Assembly (NCBI GenBank): GCA_028286915.1
Contig: JAQBQQ010000006.1
Span: 9,595-73,594 of the forward strand
DNA length: 64,000 nucleotides
From: Candidatus Peribacteria bacterium
Lineage (GTDB): Bacteria > Patescibacteriota > Gracilibacteria > Peribacterales > Peribacteraceae
Direction of reading: 5' to 3'
Each line of letters starts with the position of its first letter. Positions within the stretch are counted from its first letter, which is position 1. Made by a program: the position numbers and the translations under genes. Positions 46,480 through 56,107 of this stretch are shown here, piece by piece. The notes beneath the pieces were generated by a model. It was given only the letters and a program-made list of their open reading frames with translations, searched no databases and was not told where the DNA came from.

Positions 46480-47176
46480 GCGCATCATGCTCAAACTGTC
46501 CGGCGAGGTACTGTCCGGCAACGACGAATTCGGCATCAACAAGCCTGCTCTGGTGGATATTGCCAACCAAATTTGTGAAGTGGCAAAGCTGGGTATGCAA
46601 ATTGTCGTCGTAGTGGGAGGCGGGAACATCTGGCGCTACCGCGATACGAAAGAGAGCGGTATAGAGCGTACGGCCAGCGATGCCATGGGCATGCTTGCCA
46701 CAATTATGAATAGTGTGGCTTTGCAATCAGCCCTGGAATTTATCGGTTGCGAGACGCGCGTGTTGTCCGCCATTGAAATTCCTCAATTAGCCGAGCCATT
46801 CATTAAGCGCCGGGCTTTGCGCCACTTCGAGAAAGGCCGCATTGTCATATGTGCCGGCGGAACCGGAAACCCGTACTTTACCACCGATAGTGCGGCGGCA
46901 TTGCGCGCGCTGGAGCTGAACTGCGATGTGCTTCTTAAGGCTACAAACGTTGACGGCGTGTACGACAAAGACCCGAATAAGAATGCTGATGCCAAAAAGT
47001 ACGAATCACTTACATACCAGGAAGCACTGGAAAAACACCTGGCCGTTATGGATCAAGCTGCCTTTAGCTTATGCCAGGAGCAGAATCTTCCCATTGTCGT
47101 CTTCAACTTCCTGAAAACAGGAACATTGCTCCAGGCTGCCAAAGGTGAGCCCGTCGGCACCGTTGTCCACAGCTAA
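46472..47176 (+). CDS. pyrH: Uridylate kinase
   Basis: RIMLKLSGE, VGGGNI.R, D.MGMLAT, GTGNPYFTTD, VDGVY..DP. Confidence 0.97.
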   Translation: MYKRIMLKLSGEVLSGNDEFGINKPALVDIANQICEVAKLGMQIVVVVGGGNIWRYRDTKESGIERTASDAMGMLATIMNSVALQSALEFIGCETRVLSAIEIPQLAEPFIKRRALRHFEKGRIVICAGGTGNPYFTTDSAAALRALELNCDVLLKATNVDGVYDKDPNKNADAKKYESLTYQEALEKHLAVMDQAAFSLCQEQNLPIVVFNFLKTGTLLQAAKGEPVGTVVHS

Positions 47177-47278
47177 ATGTACAACCGTGAATGCATGATG
47201 TAGGATGCTATTCGGAACGATCAATACAGGTTATTCCTATTTCCATTCTACCTTCATCTACATTTTACATTCTTTTTT

Positions 47279-47821
47279 ATGTCCGATCCACGCATTGTCG
47301 CATTTCACGCCGCAAATGAGAAAATCCTGTCACACCTTCATACCGAATTTTCCAAGCTGCAGACTGGCCGTGCCAACGCCGCGCAGGTGGAAACGGTAAT
47401 GGTCGACGCCTACGGACAGAGACAGGAACTCCGGGCGGTAGCCGGCATTTCCATTCCGGAATCACGCAGCATTCTCATTCAGCCGTGGGACAAATCTATT
47501 ATGGGCGCCGTGGAAAAAGCATTGCAGCAAAGCAACCTGGGTGCCAACCCCGTGAATGACGGCGTGGCGATCCGTATTAATTTTCCACCCATGAACGAAG
47601 AGCGTCGTATGCAGCTTGTAAAAGTAGTAAGCCGCATGGCCGAAGATTCTCGCATTGCAGTCCGTCAGGCACGCCAGGAAGCGCACGATTCCATTAAGCA
47701 GGAGAAAGACGAAGATCTTAAAGAGACGCTGCTGGATTACCTGCAAAAAGCCGTGGACGAAGCCAATGCCAAGATTGCCGAGAGTTCATTAAAGAAAGAA
47801 GAGGAAATTATGAAAGTATAG
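47279..47821 (+). CDS. frr: Ribosome recycling factor
   Basis: TGRA, V..YG, IQPWD, NP.NDG..IR, P..EERR. Confidence 0.96.
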   Translation: MSDPRIVAFHAANEKILSHLHTEFSKLQTGRANAAQVETVMVDAYGQRQELRAVAGISIPESRSILIQPWDKSIMGAVEKALQQSNLGANPVNDGVAIRINFPPMNEERRMQLVKVVSRMAEDSRIAVRQARQEAHDSIKQEKDEDLKETLLDYLQKAVDEANAKIAESSLKKEEEIMKV

Positions 47822-47939
47822 TGAGTAGTGAATGATGTTTAAAATTCAGGAATTATCACGGCAAATTATTTGCCGGATAAACCAACGAAATGTTGAATGA
47901 ATAAAACTGTAACCTGCCACTTACGACCTGCTCACTAAC

Positions 47940-48392
47940 ATGCGCTCAATTATTTTTTTGGCCCATAACGTCCGTTCTCTCTGGAACGTTGGCTCTTTTT
48001 TTCGGACTGCTGATGCTTTTGCGGTGGAAAAAATTTACCTCACGGGCTACACGGGGCATCCGCCCAGAAAGGAAATTACCAAAACTGCATTGGGCGCGGA
48101 TAAAACGATGCCGTGGGAACATGTCATTGATCCGGCGGATGTAGTACGGCAATTACAAGCGGACGGCTGGACGATTGCATCATTGGAACTGCATCCGGAC
48201 GCCATTGACATTCAGCGGTATAAGCCGCCGGAAAAAATTTGCATCATTGTCGGCCATGAATTAACCGGTGTGACCGATGAGCTTTTAAAGCTTTCCGATG
48301 TCACACTCAAGATTCCCATGCTCGGCGCAAAGGAATCATTGAACGTGGCGGTGGCTGCCGGTATCGCGCTTTCTTATATAAGGTTTGCCTGA
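47940..48392 (+). CDS. SpoU/TrmH family RNA methyltransferase
   Basis: NVGS.FRTADA, G.E..GV, IPM.G.KESLNVAVA. Confidence 0.92.
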   Translation: MRSIIFLAHNVRSLWNVGSFFRTADAFAVEKIYLTGYTGHPPRKEITKTALGADKTMPWEHVIDPADVVRQLQADGWTIASLELHPDAIDIQRYKPPEKICIIVGHELTGVTDELLKLSDVTLKIPMLGAKESLNVAVAAGIALSYIRFA

Positions 48393-49009
48393 TGCTTCAA
48401 CTCACTGGCGTGCAAATACTGAAACAGAAACGCACCCAGTAAAGAGCCGACAATCGGTCCGACAATATACATCCACTGAAACGAACCGATGCCCAGTGCC
48501 ACGGCCGGGTTAAGGACGCCGTTGGAAAAAGTGCCCGCGGCCATAATGCCAAGCAGAAGTGAGCCGCCAATCACCATGCCATTTGCGGCAGATTCCACAC
48601 GCTTGTGCACAACGGATGACACGCCGAATACGAGCAGGAACGTCCCGATAATTTCACCCATCAGCTGCAAGGAAACAGGAGAGGCGTTGGCACTCACCAT
48701 GGGCAGCGAACCAAGAAGTACCTTTGCAATGACCATAGCCAGAATGGAACCGATGAACTGTGATGCGACATATACTGCTGCATCGGCGGCCGGTATGGCA
48801 CCAACGGACCACAGACCGATAGTGACGGACGGATTAATGTGCGTGCCACTGATATTACCAATGGTATACACAAAAATTCCCAACGTAAGCGCAGCCAAAA
48901 CAGGCGTTGGCAACGGCAAGCCGCCGTGAATAGACAGCAAAACCACAAGCGTCAAAAAAAATGTGCCGAGCAACTCGGCAATGTATTTATGAAGATGAAG
49001 AGAAAGCAT
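48374..49009 (-). CDS. Aquaporin (MIP family)
   Basis: AE..GTF, ISG.H.NPS, E..GTF, LNPA, GPI.G. Confidence 0.92.
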   Translation of the reverse strand: MLSLHLHKYIAELLGTFFLTLVVLLSIHGGLPLPTPVLAALTLGIFVYTIGNISGTHINPSVTIGLWSVGAIPAADAAVYVASQFIGSILAMVIAKVLLGSLPMVSANASPVSLQLMGEIIGTFLLVFGVSSVVHKRVESAANGMVIGGSLLLGIMAAGTFSNGVLNPAVALGIGSFQWMYIVGPIVGSLLGAFLFQYLHASELKHQANLI

Positions 49010-49117
49010 GAGGGAAGAGGAAGGGGATTTGTCTGTTAGTGTAGCGGGCTATCGTGAGAAGTCATTAGCCGTTAAAATTTTCTAAAAAGTATGAATACGT
49101 TGCCTATAAACTATGTA

Positions 49118-51247
49118 CTACACCGTCTCCATGGGGTCTACATCTATAATCACCTCATCAAGATTCAGTCCTTCCAAAGCTTTTTTCGTTGCAGTTCCGC
49201 GCAGCAGAATATGCCATTCGCGGCCGCCGCCAAAAAATGTTGGCGCGCATTTGGCAGTGACATGCAGGCCGAGTGCATCAATATTTTTCTGTAACGTAAC
49301 CGTAAAAGAGCGGGCCCGGCCGGCCGGGTCATTATCGCGCACAATGAGCCGGAGCATTTCGGTTGTCGGCGGATAGTTGGTATACGCCCGCAATTTAAGC
49401 TCCTGATCCAGATACTGTTCTGTTTCATGCCTGGATGCCGCCAGAATTTCCGGCGCATTGGGCCGGAAGGTCTGAATGATCACTTCGCCCTGCTTGGCAC
49501 GGCCACTCCGGCCCGTAAGCTGGGTAAGAAGCTGGAAAATGCGCTCGCCGGCGCGGAAATGCGGAAGGGACAGGCCAACATCCGCCAGTACCACGGCTGC
49601 CAGCGTGACATTCGGTAAGTCCAGCCCTTTCACTACCGACTGCGTGCCAAGAAGAATATCGGCTCTGCCTTCGCGCATGGCGGATAACATTTCCCTCATC
49701 TGGTCCGGGTGAGACATGGTATCGGCATCTGCCCGCAGCAACCGTGCCTGTGGAAATTTTTTTCCAAGAATATGTTCCACTTTTTGCGTACCGGCTCCGA
49801 CAGCCAATAGTTTCGTGCTGTCACAGTGCGGACAACGGGCGGGCAGCGCCGCTGTAAGTCCCGACGTATGATCCATGAGAAATGGTTTGCCGCCGTGCGT
49901 CTGGTGAACGGTAAACGGCAGTAACGACTCCGGCGACACCACGCGCCTCCTGCACTCCAGACACAGAAGCGACGTGGCAACACCGCGTCTGTTAAGAAAC
50001 AGCACCACCTGTTCCTTTTTGCGTAATTTCGCTTCAATGGCGTCGAGTAAAGGTGGAGAAAACGGGTACATGGAGCCAAAATCTACATCAGCCAAATCGA
50101 TAATCCGCACATCCGGCATTGCCTGGTCTTTGTAGCGCATGGGTAGCCGCTCCATTTGATAGCGCCCGTCCTTGGCCCGTACCCACGCTTCCATAGACGG
50201 CGTGGCGGTTCCCAGAACAAGCTTGGCACCCGAAAATCTACAGAGTGTCTCGGCCGTGTCGCGTGCGTGGTAGCGCGGCGTCTGCTCATTTTTGAATGTC
50301 CATTCATGCTCTTCGTCAATAATAACAAGACCAAGGTGTGGCATGGGTGCAAACAGCGCGCTGCGTGAGCCAAGTACCATGGCAATATCGCCCCGGCGGA
50401 TGCGCTTCCACAAAACCAGACGGGCTGCCGGTGTAAGCCGGCTGTGCAGCACGGCAATGGACTTGCGGTTTAATAACGTTTCATAGCGGTGAATGCTGTG
50501 TTCGGTAAGCAAGATCTCCGGAACCAGCACAATAGCCTGCTTGCCGGCGCGGATGGTGTCCACAATCATTTGGGCATAGATCTCCGTTTTTCCGCTGCCC
50601 GTCACGCCAAACAGAAGTGACGGCCGCGGATCCCGCGACATGGAATCTGCCACTTGCTGCTGCGCGGACGTAAGAACAGGCAGTCCTTTTACATGATCCA
50701 GGTGAGCCGTGCCATCCGCGGCAACGGTTTGCAATTCTTCTTCCACAATCCGCTTTTCCAGAAGCGCATTCATGTGTGTTTTCGTTACCTCCAGCTCACG
50801 TTTCAGCTCTTCGGCCGACACCCAGTCCCGGCCCTGCAGATATTCCATAATGGCAACCTGTTTTTTGCCGCGCACCAGACTCATATCGCCATTCAAGACC
50901 CTGTATCCTGCTTTGCGATCCGGAAGAAAGCGTGCCCACGGCGGAGAAGGAAGCCACGGAGCCAGTGCCTGCCGTAAAGTTGTAAGGTAATGATCCGCCA
51001 TCCATTGGGCGGTTTGTAATTGCGCTTCGGCCAATAATGGCTGGCGGCTCAGCACTTCTTCCACTTGTTTCACGTCGTATTCGGAGTCATTGGTCTGCAT
51101 TAGTTCCACTACCAGACCTTCCGTCAATTTTGAGCGCAATGGCACGCGCACCAGGTCACCAATGCGCACTTCGTGGCTGCCAGTCTCGTATGTAAGACCG
51201 TTCCCGATACCGCCGGAACGCGATGCCGTAATCACTTTGCAATACAT
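49118..51247 (-). CDS. priA: Primosomal protein N' (replication restart helicase)
   Basis: GVTGSGKTE, VPEI, G.RSALF.P, DEEH, ATPS, LNRRG, Q..GRSGR. Confidence 0.95.
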   Translation of the reverse strand: MYCKVITASRSGGIGNGLTYETGSHEVRIGDLVRVPLRSKLTEGLVVELMQTNDSEYDVKQVEEVLSRQPLLAEAQLQTAQWMADHYLTTLRQALAPWLPSPPWARFLPDRKAGYRVLNGDMSLVRGKKQVAIMEYLQGRDWVSAEELKRELEVTKTHMNALLEKRIVEEELQTVAADGTAHLDHVKGLPVLTSAQQQVADSMSRDPRPSLLFGVTGSGKTEIYAQMIVDTIRAGKQAIVLVPEILLTEHSIHRYETLLNRKSIAVLHSRLTPAARLVLWKRIRRGDIAMVLGSRSALFAPMPHLGLVIIDEEHEWTFKNEQTPRYHARDTAETLCRFSGAKLVLGTATPSMEAWVRAKDGRYQMERLPMRYKDQAMPDVRIIDLADVDFGSMYPFSPPLLDAIEAKLRKKEQVVLFLNRRGVATSLLCLECRRRVVSPESLLPFTVHQTHGGKPFLMDHTSGLTAALPARCPHCDSTKLLAVGAGTQKVEHILGKKFPQARLLRADADTMSHPDQMREMLSAMREGRADILLGTQSVVKGLDLPNVTLAAVVLADVGLSLPHFRAGERIFQLLTQLTGRSGRAKQGEVIIQTFRPNAPEILAASRHETEQYLDQELKLRAYTNYPPTTEMLRLIVRDNDPAGRARSFTVTLQKNIDALGLHVTAKCAPTFFGGGREWHILLRGTATKKALEGLNLDEVIIDVDPMETV

Positions 51248-51380
51248 GACCGGAGTATAACATGGTGTACTTTGGTACACCAAATTTTTTATGTATCTGC
51301 TTGTGCGTATCGTGATTATTCCTATAATCCATGTGTCGTTGTTTATTTGTTGTTTCTTTTTGCAACACACTGGGGAACCT

Positions 51381-51557
51381 ATGCAGTCGTACGATCATTC
51401 CGTAAAGAACACTCCGGACCGAAAGCCGCATACACAAGAAACGAGGCCGACAACACCCGAAGATATTCGTACAAAAGAAGGTACCTCTGATGATTCGGAT
51501 GAAGCTGCTCGAAGGATCATAAGCTTTATGATCTTTCCCAACAGGCTCCCCAAATAA
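51381..51557 (+). CDS. Hypothetical 58-aa hydrophilic protein
   Basis: GGGGA SD, MQSYDHSVK...; terminator follows. Confidence 0.45.
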   Translation: MQSYDHSVKNTPDRKPHTQETRPTTPEDIRTKEGTSDDSDEAARRIISFMIFPNRLPK

Positions 51558-51563
51558 CGACGC

Positions 51564-51590
51564 AAACCCCGGCATTGCCGGGGTTTTTTT
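51564..51590. terminator. Terminator
   Basis: AAACCCCGGC-ATT-GCCGGGGTTTTTTT. Confidence 0.85.
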
Positions 51591-51596
51591 GTGTAC

Positions 51597-53318
51597 CTAA
51601 TTATCCATATGATGGACATCGCTTATGCCTGTCGCCTGCACATTATTTCTGGCATTGCCGTGGTAGGAAATAGTACTGTTGCCATTCGCCTCGCCGGTCA
51701 GCGTTTCTATGGCAAACAGATTAGCATTACTGGCTCCATCAGCCTTTACCACTATATTGTGTACTTCATAATCCCGGGCTTCCAGCTGTGACGTACCGCT
51801 TATCTGAGCATGTAAAGTTTCACCTGATCCGGCCACAATAATAGATGAAGCTCCATGTGCGCCGACTGTCAACCTCTGGATATAAAATTTTCCTTCAATT
51901 GATGACGCGCCGTCTGCATATACGTCCATATTTGAACCGGAAAATCCATTGACCGTAGCCGACATGGTACCGTGAAGATCAACATGTTTTAATGTCGGCA
52001 TGGTAATATTTATAACCATATCTTTGTCCTTGCACAATAAACACAACATATGATTTTCAGATTCATCCAGACCAAGTGCACTGTCCTTCTTTATAAAATG
52101 AAGACGGTCCAGCTCGGACCGTAATCCGCGGGCTGTCACACTGAATGTATTGCCCTGCCGGACAACAAGCGTATGGCTGCCTCCCATGGAAATAGAATCA
52201 AAATCACGGGCATCAAAAGTCTTCGTTATTTCCACGCCCCCGTTCCGGCGCAGCTGCTCTACTTTCGCCCGTACCTCCGGCACTTTGGTTATACCGGTAA
52301 CGCCGGCAATAAGAAGGGCTGCAATCCACATGCCGAGCAAAGAAAAGAAAAGCGGCGCATGAAAAGTCCAGCGCCTGCGTACGAGCGACAGGCCAATGCC
52401 AAATAAAAAAGCCAGCGGAACAAAGGCAATCATAAAGCCGGAGCCCAGCAGGACGTAAAATGCCGTGTGTCCCAATAATTCAATTGGCGGCACGTCTATA
52501 TACTGGGAACCGCGATTCGCCAACACCAATAACGTGGCGAATGTGAGACTGAACAACGCAGCGCTGGAAACAAGCAGCATGAGCAGGCCGACCAATCTAC
52601 CCAGGCCGGGAACAATCAGTGTCAAAACTTTTCCCAAAGCCTTAAAAATATCACGCAATAGTGCAAACGGTCTGGCGGAAACGCGGCGCAGTGTTCCGGG
52701 CTTCACCTGCGCTTTGGGAAGCGTCTCATTTATTTTTGCCTCTATGGCACTGAGTGTCACTGGCTTGCCCTGCATTTCCATTTGCTGAGCCGGTGTTTTT
52801 GCTTCCGGCAGAATAATCCACAAAACGATATAGATAAGAATGCCATAACCGCCAGCAATGGTAAGCAGGACAAACAAAAGCCGGACCACCACCGGGTCAA
52901 TTCCCATATATTTGGCAATGCCCGCCGCCACGCCGCCCAGTACCTGGTCATTCCCGTCGCGGTACAAACGACGACTGGCTTTTGGCGAAAATGAATCAGT
53001 GTGTGCCTGGTAATCGCCGGTAGCGGCGGACGAGGCATGGCCGGCCGGCTGTTCAAATGCTTCAAAGTCTTTTACCGTTCCCATGGAAGCAATCAACGCA
53101 TCTACATCGTCCGCGGAAATCACTTGTTTGGTTTTGGTGAGCGATTCCGAAAAACGCTCCGCAATGCGCGATTCAATATCGTGTACAATCTCATGACTGT
53201 CTTCAAATGATGCAAAATGCTCGCGGATGGACTGTAGATAATTCCGAAAACGCGCGTAGGCGTCTTCATCAATATGGAAAAGCATGCCGGCTATCTGAAT
53301 GCTGATTGTCTTATTCAT
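51597..53318 (-). CDS. PspC domain protein with TM region and C-terminal DUF2807 (beta-helix, GIN-like) domain
   Basis: MNKT..I......F.IDEDAY, RRLYR.....LGGVAAG.A.Y..IDP..VR, repeated A.GAS/SG.S units. Confidence 0.88.
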   Translation of the reverse strand: MNKTISIQIAGMLFHIDEDAYARFRNYLQSIREHFASFEDSHEIVHDIESRIAERFSESLTKTKQVISADDVDALIASMGTVKDFEAFEQPAGHASSAATGDYQAHTDSFSPKASRRLYRDGNDQVLGGVAAGIAKYMGIDPVVVRLLFVLLTIAGGYGILIYIVLWIILPEAKTPAQQMEMQGKPVTLSAIEAKINETLPKAQVKPGTLRRVSARPFALLRDIFKALGKVLTLIVPGLGRLVGLLMLLVSSAALFSLTFATLLVLANRGSQYIDVPPIELLGHTAFYVLLGSGFMIAFVPLAFLFGIGLSLVRRRWTFHAPLFFSLLGMWIAALLIAGVTGITKVPEVRAKVEQLRRNGGVEITKTFDARDFDSISMGGSHTLVVRQGNTFSVTARGLRSELDRLHFIKKDSALGLDESENHMLCLLCKDKDMVINITMPTLKHVDLHGTMSATVNGFSGSNMDVYADGASSIEGKFYIQRLTVGAHGASSIIVAGSGETLHAQISGTSQLEARDYEVHNIVVKADGASNANLFAIETLTGEANGNSTISYHGNARNNVQATGISDVHHMDN

Positions 53319-53661
53319 GACGGAGGAGGGAAGTGATGGAAGACGAAAGAGATTTCCAGTTGAGAACGAGTTGCCCGAGCATGTCTTTGCCTTTCGGCGT
53401 AAGGGCATACAATTTTCTCGGCGGACCACTCATGCTTTCCTCCCAGCTGTATTCCAATATATTTTCGCGCTTCAGGCGTGACAGTAGCGGATAAATAGTC
53501 CCTTCTACGACAATCATATCGATGTCTTTCAGGCGGCGCAGAATATCCGGCGCATATATGCCGGGCGTCGTGCGGATAATTAACAGAATGCAGAACTCCA
53601 GTATGCCTTTACGCATCTGTGACGAGTGATTCTCTAAGTTATGATTCTCTGTAGAGGTCAT
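53311..53661 (-). CDS. PadR family transcriptional regulator
   Basis: QMRKG.LE.CIL, EGTIYPLL.RL, W.ES..GPPRK.Y.LT..G. Confidence 0.93.
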   Translation of the reverse strand: MTSTENHNLENHSSQMRKGILEFCILLIIRTTPGIYAPDILRRLKDIDMIVVEGTIYPLLSRLKRENILEYSWEESMSGPPRKLYALTPKGKDMLGQLVLNWKSLSSSITSLLRHE

Positions 53662-53690
53662 ACATATCTGGGAAAGTATGCACACTGTAG

Positions 53691-53723
53691 TGCATAGTAC
53701 TTTGTATTGCAAGGTACTATGCA
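53691..53723. promoter_or_regulatory. Probable PadR operator
   Basis: TGCATAGTAC-N13-GTACTATGCA perfect inverted repeat 30 nt upstream of padR. Confidence 0.75.
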
Positions 53724-53858
53724 AATAATAATCAGCAGCTGATTTTATGGCATAGAAAAGCGCATCAACCAGAAAAACCGGTCTTCATTATTGTCTGGAA
53801 TGAAAGCAGCTCTATACTGTCTATTGCCCCTCTCTGCATGAGAAAAAAGAGGTGACAC

Positions 53859-53999
53859 ATGCTCCTGGAACTGGCTCCGTCATTCGATCTGGTTTTGCAT
53901 GAACTCATCATGCGCAGCGTGGCCCTCATTATTGTGACCACCGGAGCAATTATGATGGCAGTAGGTATTTACCGGAAGCTCCTCAGGAGCATCCATTGA
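53859..53999 (+). CDS. 46-aa single-TM microprotein (not in ORF track)
   Basis: MLLELAPSFDLVLHELIMRSVALIIVTTGAIMMAVGIYRKLLRSIH; TATACT promoter, AGAGGT SD, 3' hairpin 54017-54050. Confidence 0.6.
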   Translation: MLLELAPSFDLVLHELIMRSVALIIVTTGAIMMAVGIYRKLLRSIH

Positions 54000-54251
54000 A
54001 TACCGGCACGAGCACATAGGCGCTGGGGTTTCTACCTCCGCGCCTGTTTATAGTCTAAAGTGATTGCCCATTACGTTTGTGCTTAATGTGCGCGAGCCTT
54101 GTAACTCTTCCGGATACACTCCGTTGAATCATAAGAAAATTGTCATCCGGAGCGAAGTGGAATGAAACAATCTATGGCAAAAAATAATTTTATAAAAAAG
54201 AGACTGCCCTCGCAGCCTCTTTTCTTCCCTCCTTACTCAATTTTCCTCACA

Positions 54252-54827
54252 TTATTTGGTAACAGTACTGCTGGTACTGCTGCTTGTTTGCGCAGCAGAC
54301 TTTGTCCATCCTTTGTGCTTCCCATTCCTTCCGCGCTCCATTATGTTGCCGCTCATTTTTCCTTTGCCCATTTCCATTCCATTGTCCAATTCGTCATTCA
54401 TTTCATACAAGTCGTGGCCCATCATCGTCTTGCCACATGCTGTCTTAACGGCATCCATAATTGTCTGTGCATCTGTACTTTTGGTAACCATAACCGCCTG
54501 CATGGCAGTCCGGAAATCACTCTCCGCTTTTTGCACCGCTGCCTGTCTCTGCGTATCGTCCGTTATGGCGGCGGCTGCCGTGAGTGCCGTTTTATGAGCC
54601 TGTGTAGCTGCTTTCCGGGCGGCCGTCACAGTATCCAGATTGGCTAAGAACAAATCGTCTTTCTTTACCAAAGCCTGCACACATGCCTGGCTTGGCACCG
54701 TTTTGGTCATAGTTATTTTCGAAGAAGCACTGCTACCGGAAGCGGCACCGGCCACTTGGACAACGATGGGAACAGCGATAACCAGCGACGAAACACCGGC
54801 AACAACACCAAGGGTGAACTTATTCAT
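54252..54827 (-). CDS. Secreted helical protein with Met/Gly-rich tail
   Basis: Signal peptide, Ala-rich coiled coil with two Cys, GMEMGKGKM tail. Confidence 0.7.
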   Translation of the reverse strand: MNKFTLGVVAGVSSLVIAVPIVVQVAGAASGSSASSKITMTKTVPSQACVQALVKKDDLFLANLDTVTAARKAATQAHKTALTAAAAITDDTQRQAAVQKAESDFRTAMQAVMVTKSTDAQTIMDAVKTACGKTMMGHDLYEMNDELDNGMEMGKGKMSGNIMERGRNGKHKGWTKSAAQTSSSTSSTVTK

Positions 54828-54888
54828 AGAATACAGTGGGCAAAGAAATGAAAAATAAAAGAACTGTCTGCAGTATAAGCAGCGGGCT

Positions 54889-54905
54889 TTAAGAAAAGAT
54901 TAAGG
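54889..54905 (-). promoter_or_regulatory. OmpR-type direct-repeat box
   Basis: CCTTAA-N5-TCTTAA, then 11 nt to TATACT. Confidence 0.75.
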
Positions 54906-54936
54906 TCTTCCGGCGCTTAGCAAAAACAAAACACGG

Positions 54937-56106
54937 CTACGTGACAATATGCACAATAAATTGCGCCCCACCATTTGGGTTGTTGGCCGCTTCTATAGTC
55001 CAGCCATGCAGCTGCACAATGCGTTTGACCAATGACAGTCCTAAGCCAAAACCGCCGTGCGCCCGTGAACTGTCCGCCTGATAAAAACGGTCAAAAATAT
55101 ACGGAAGTGCGTCCGCGGCAATGCCGACGCCGGAATCCTCAACCCGTAAGGCATTCTTGCTAAGACTGACAACAATAGTGCCGTTGTCTTTATTGAATTT
55201 AATGGCATTTGAAAGTAAATTCACAAGTACCTGACGAAGCAGTGCCGCATCGCCGTTCACGACAATACCCTGTTCTACAGACGTCTGGATAGTAATATTT
55301 TTGTTCCTGGCCAATAGCTGATACTTCGCGGCCGCATTGGTTACCAGCGCCGAAACATCTACTTGTTTTCTGCTAAGGGTAAACGTATCCAAACGTGCCA
55401 GTTCCAGTAAACGTTCCACCAGCGTGGCTATTTGTGCCACATCTTCCTTGGCCGACAGAAGACCTTCTCTGTATTTTTCGGTACGAAGCGCCAGGTCCAG
55501 CGATGAATTCAAGACAGCCAGTGGCGTGCGAAGTTCATGGCTTGCATCCTGCGTAAACTGTTCCAGCTGCTCCACCATTTGCGTGGCCGGCCGCAAACTT
55601 CGCTTGGCAAAAAAGAGACCGATGATATACGTGAGGGCCGAAATGGAAATGCTGATAAATACGTACAACAACACGCGGAAAGGCAGATCGCTGCCCTGGA
55701 ATCGCTCAACATCCGCCACCTGCAGAAACCCGCCGGGTCCGCCGTTATAAGAAACCGGTGTCGTAAGTACGCTATATTGATCGTTTTCCAGAAAGAAATT
55801 GGAAATGCCTTTCTCGGTAGGAAGAGGAATATCGGCAAACAGTCCGCCGGCATACAGCACCTGGTTATTCGGACCGACAAAGCGAACGCGATCCCGCATA
55901 TTGGGCGGCAGGGAATCGGGCAGACCGATGCCCTCTGCACCGGCGTGATCCGTCACAAATTGAAGCGTATGCGATAACCGATCATACGATTGCCTGCGGG
56001 CATTGGTGTAATCAGCTGTAAGAAAAATAATGCCGTTTACCAGAAACAATAAAAATACGAAGGCGGTAAATTGCAAAGCAATGTTTCGGCTGATTTTCTT
56101 AAACAT
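54937..56106 (-). CDS. Sensor histidine kinase (HisKA/HATPase)
   Basis: F..DASHELRTPL, NLLSNAIKF, DSG.GI, FDRFYQAD, GFGLGL. Confidence 0.95.
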   Translation of the reverse strand: MFKKISRNIALQFTAFVFLLFLVNGIIFLTADYTNARRQSYDRLSHTLQFVTDHAGAEGIGLPDSLPPNMRDRVRFVGPNNQVLYAGGLFADIPLPTEKGISNFFLENDQYSVLTTPVSYNGGPGGFLQVADVERFQGSDLPFRVLLYVFISISISALTYIIGLFFAKRSLRPATQMVEQLEQFTQDASHELRTPLAVLNSSLDLALRTEKYREGLLSAKEDVAQIATLVERLLELARLDTFTLSRKQVDVSALVTNAAAKYQLLARNKNITIQTSVEQGIVVNGDAALLRQVLVNLLSNAIKFNKDNGTIVVSLSKNALRVEDSGVGIAADALPYIFDRFYQADSSRAHGGFGLGLSLVKRIVQLHGWTIEAANNPNGGAQFIVHIVT

Positions 56107-56107
56107 C

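Noticed and set aside
40171-54038. Identical 14-mer GGGGTTTCTACCTC at 40171-40184 and 54025-54038, resembling the purine riboswitch core GTTTCTAC
   Set aside because: The P1-P3 stems and kissing loops of a purine riboswitch are absent. On the order of ten chance 14-mer matches are expected in 64 kb.
54141-54173. TGTCATCCGGAGCGAAGTGGAAT, reminiscent of another REP-like motif
   Set aside because: Single degenerate copy in the window; cannot be aligned confidently with the hairpin family.
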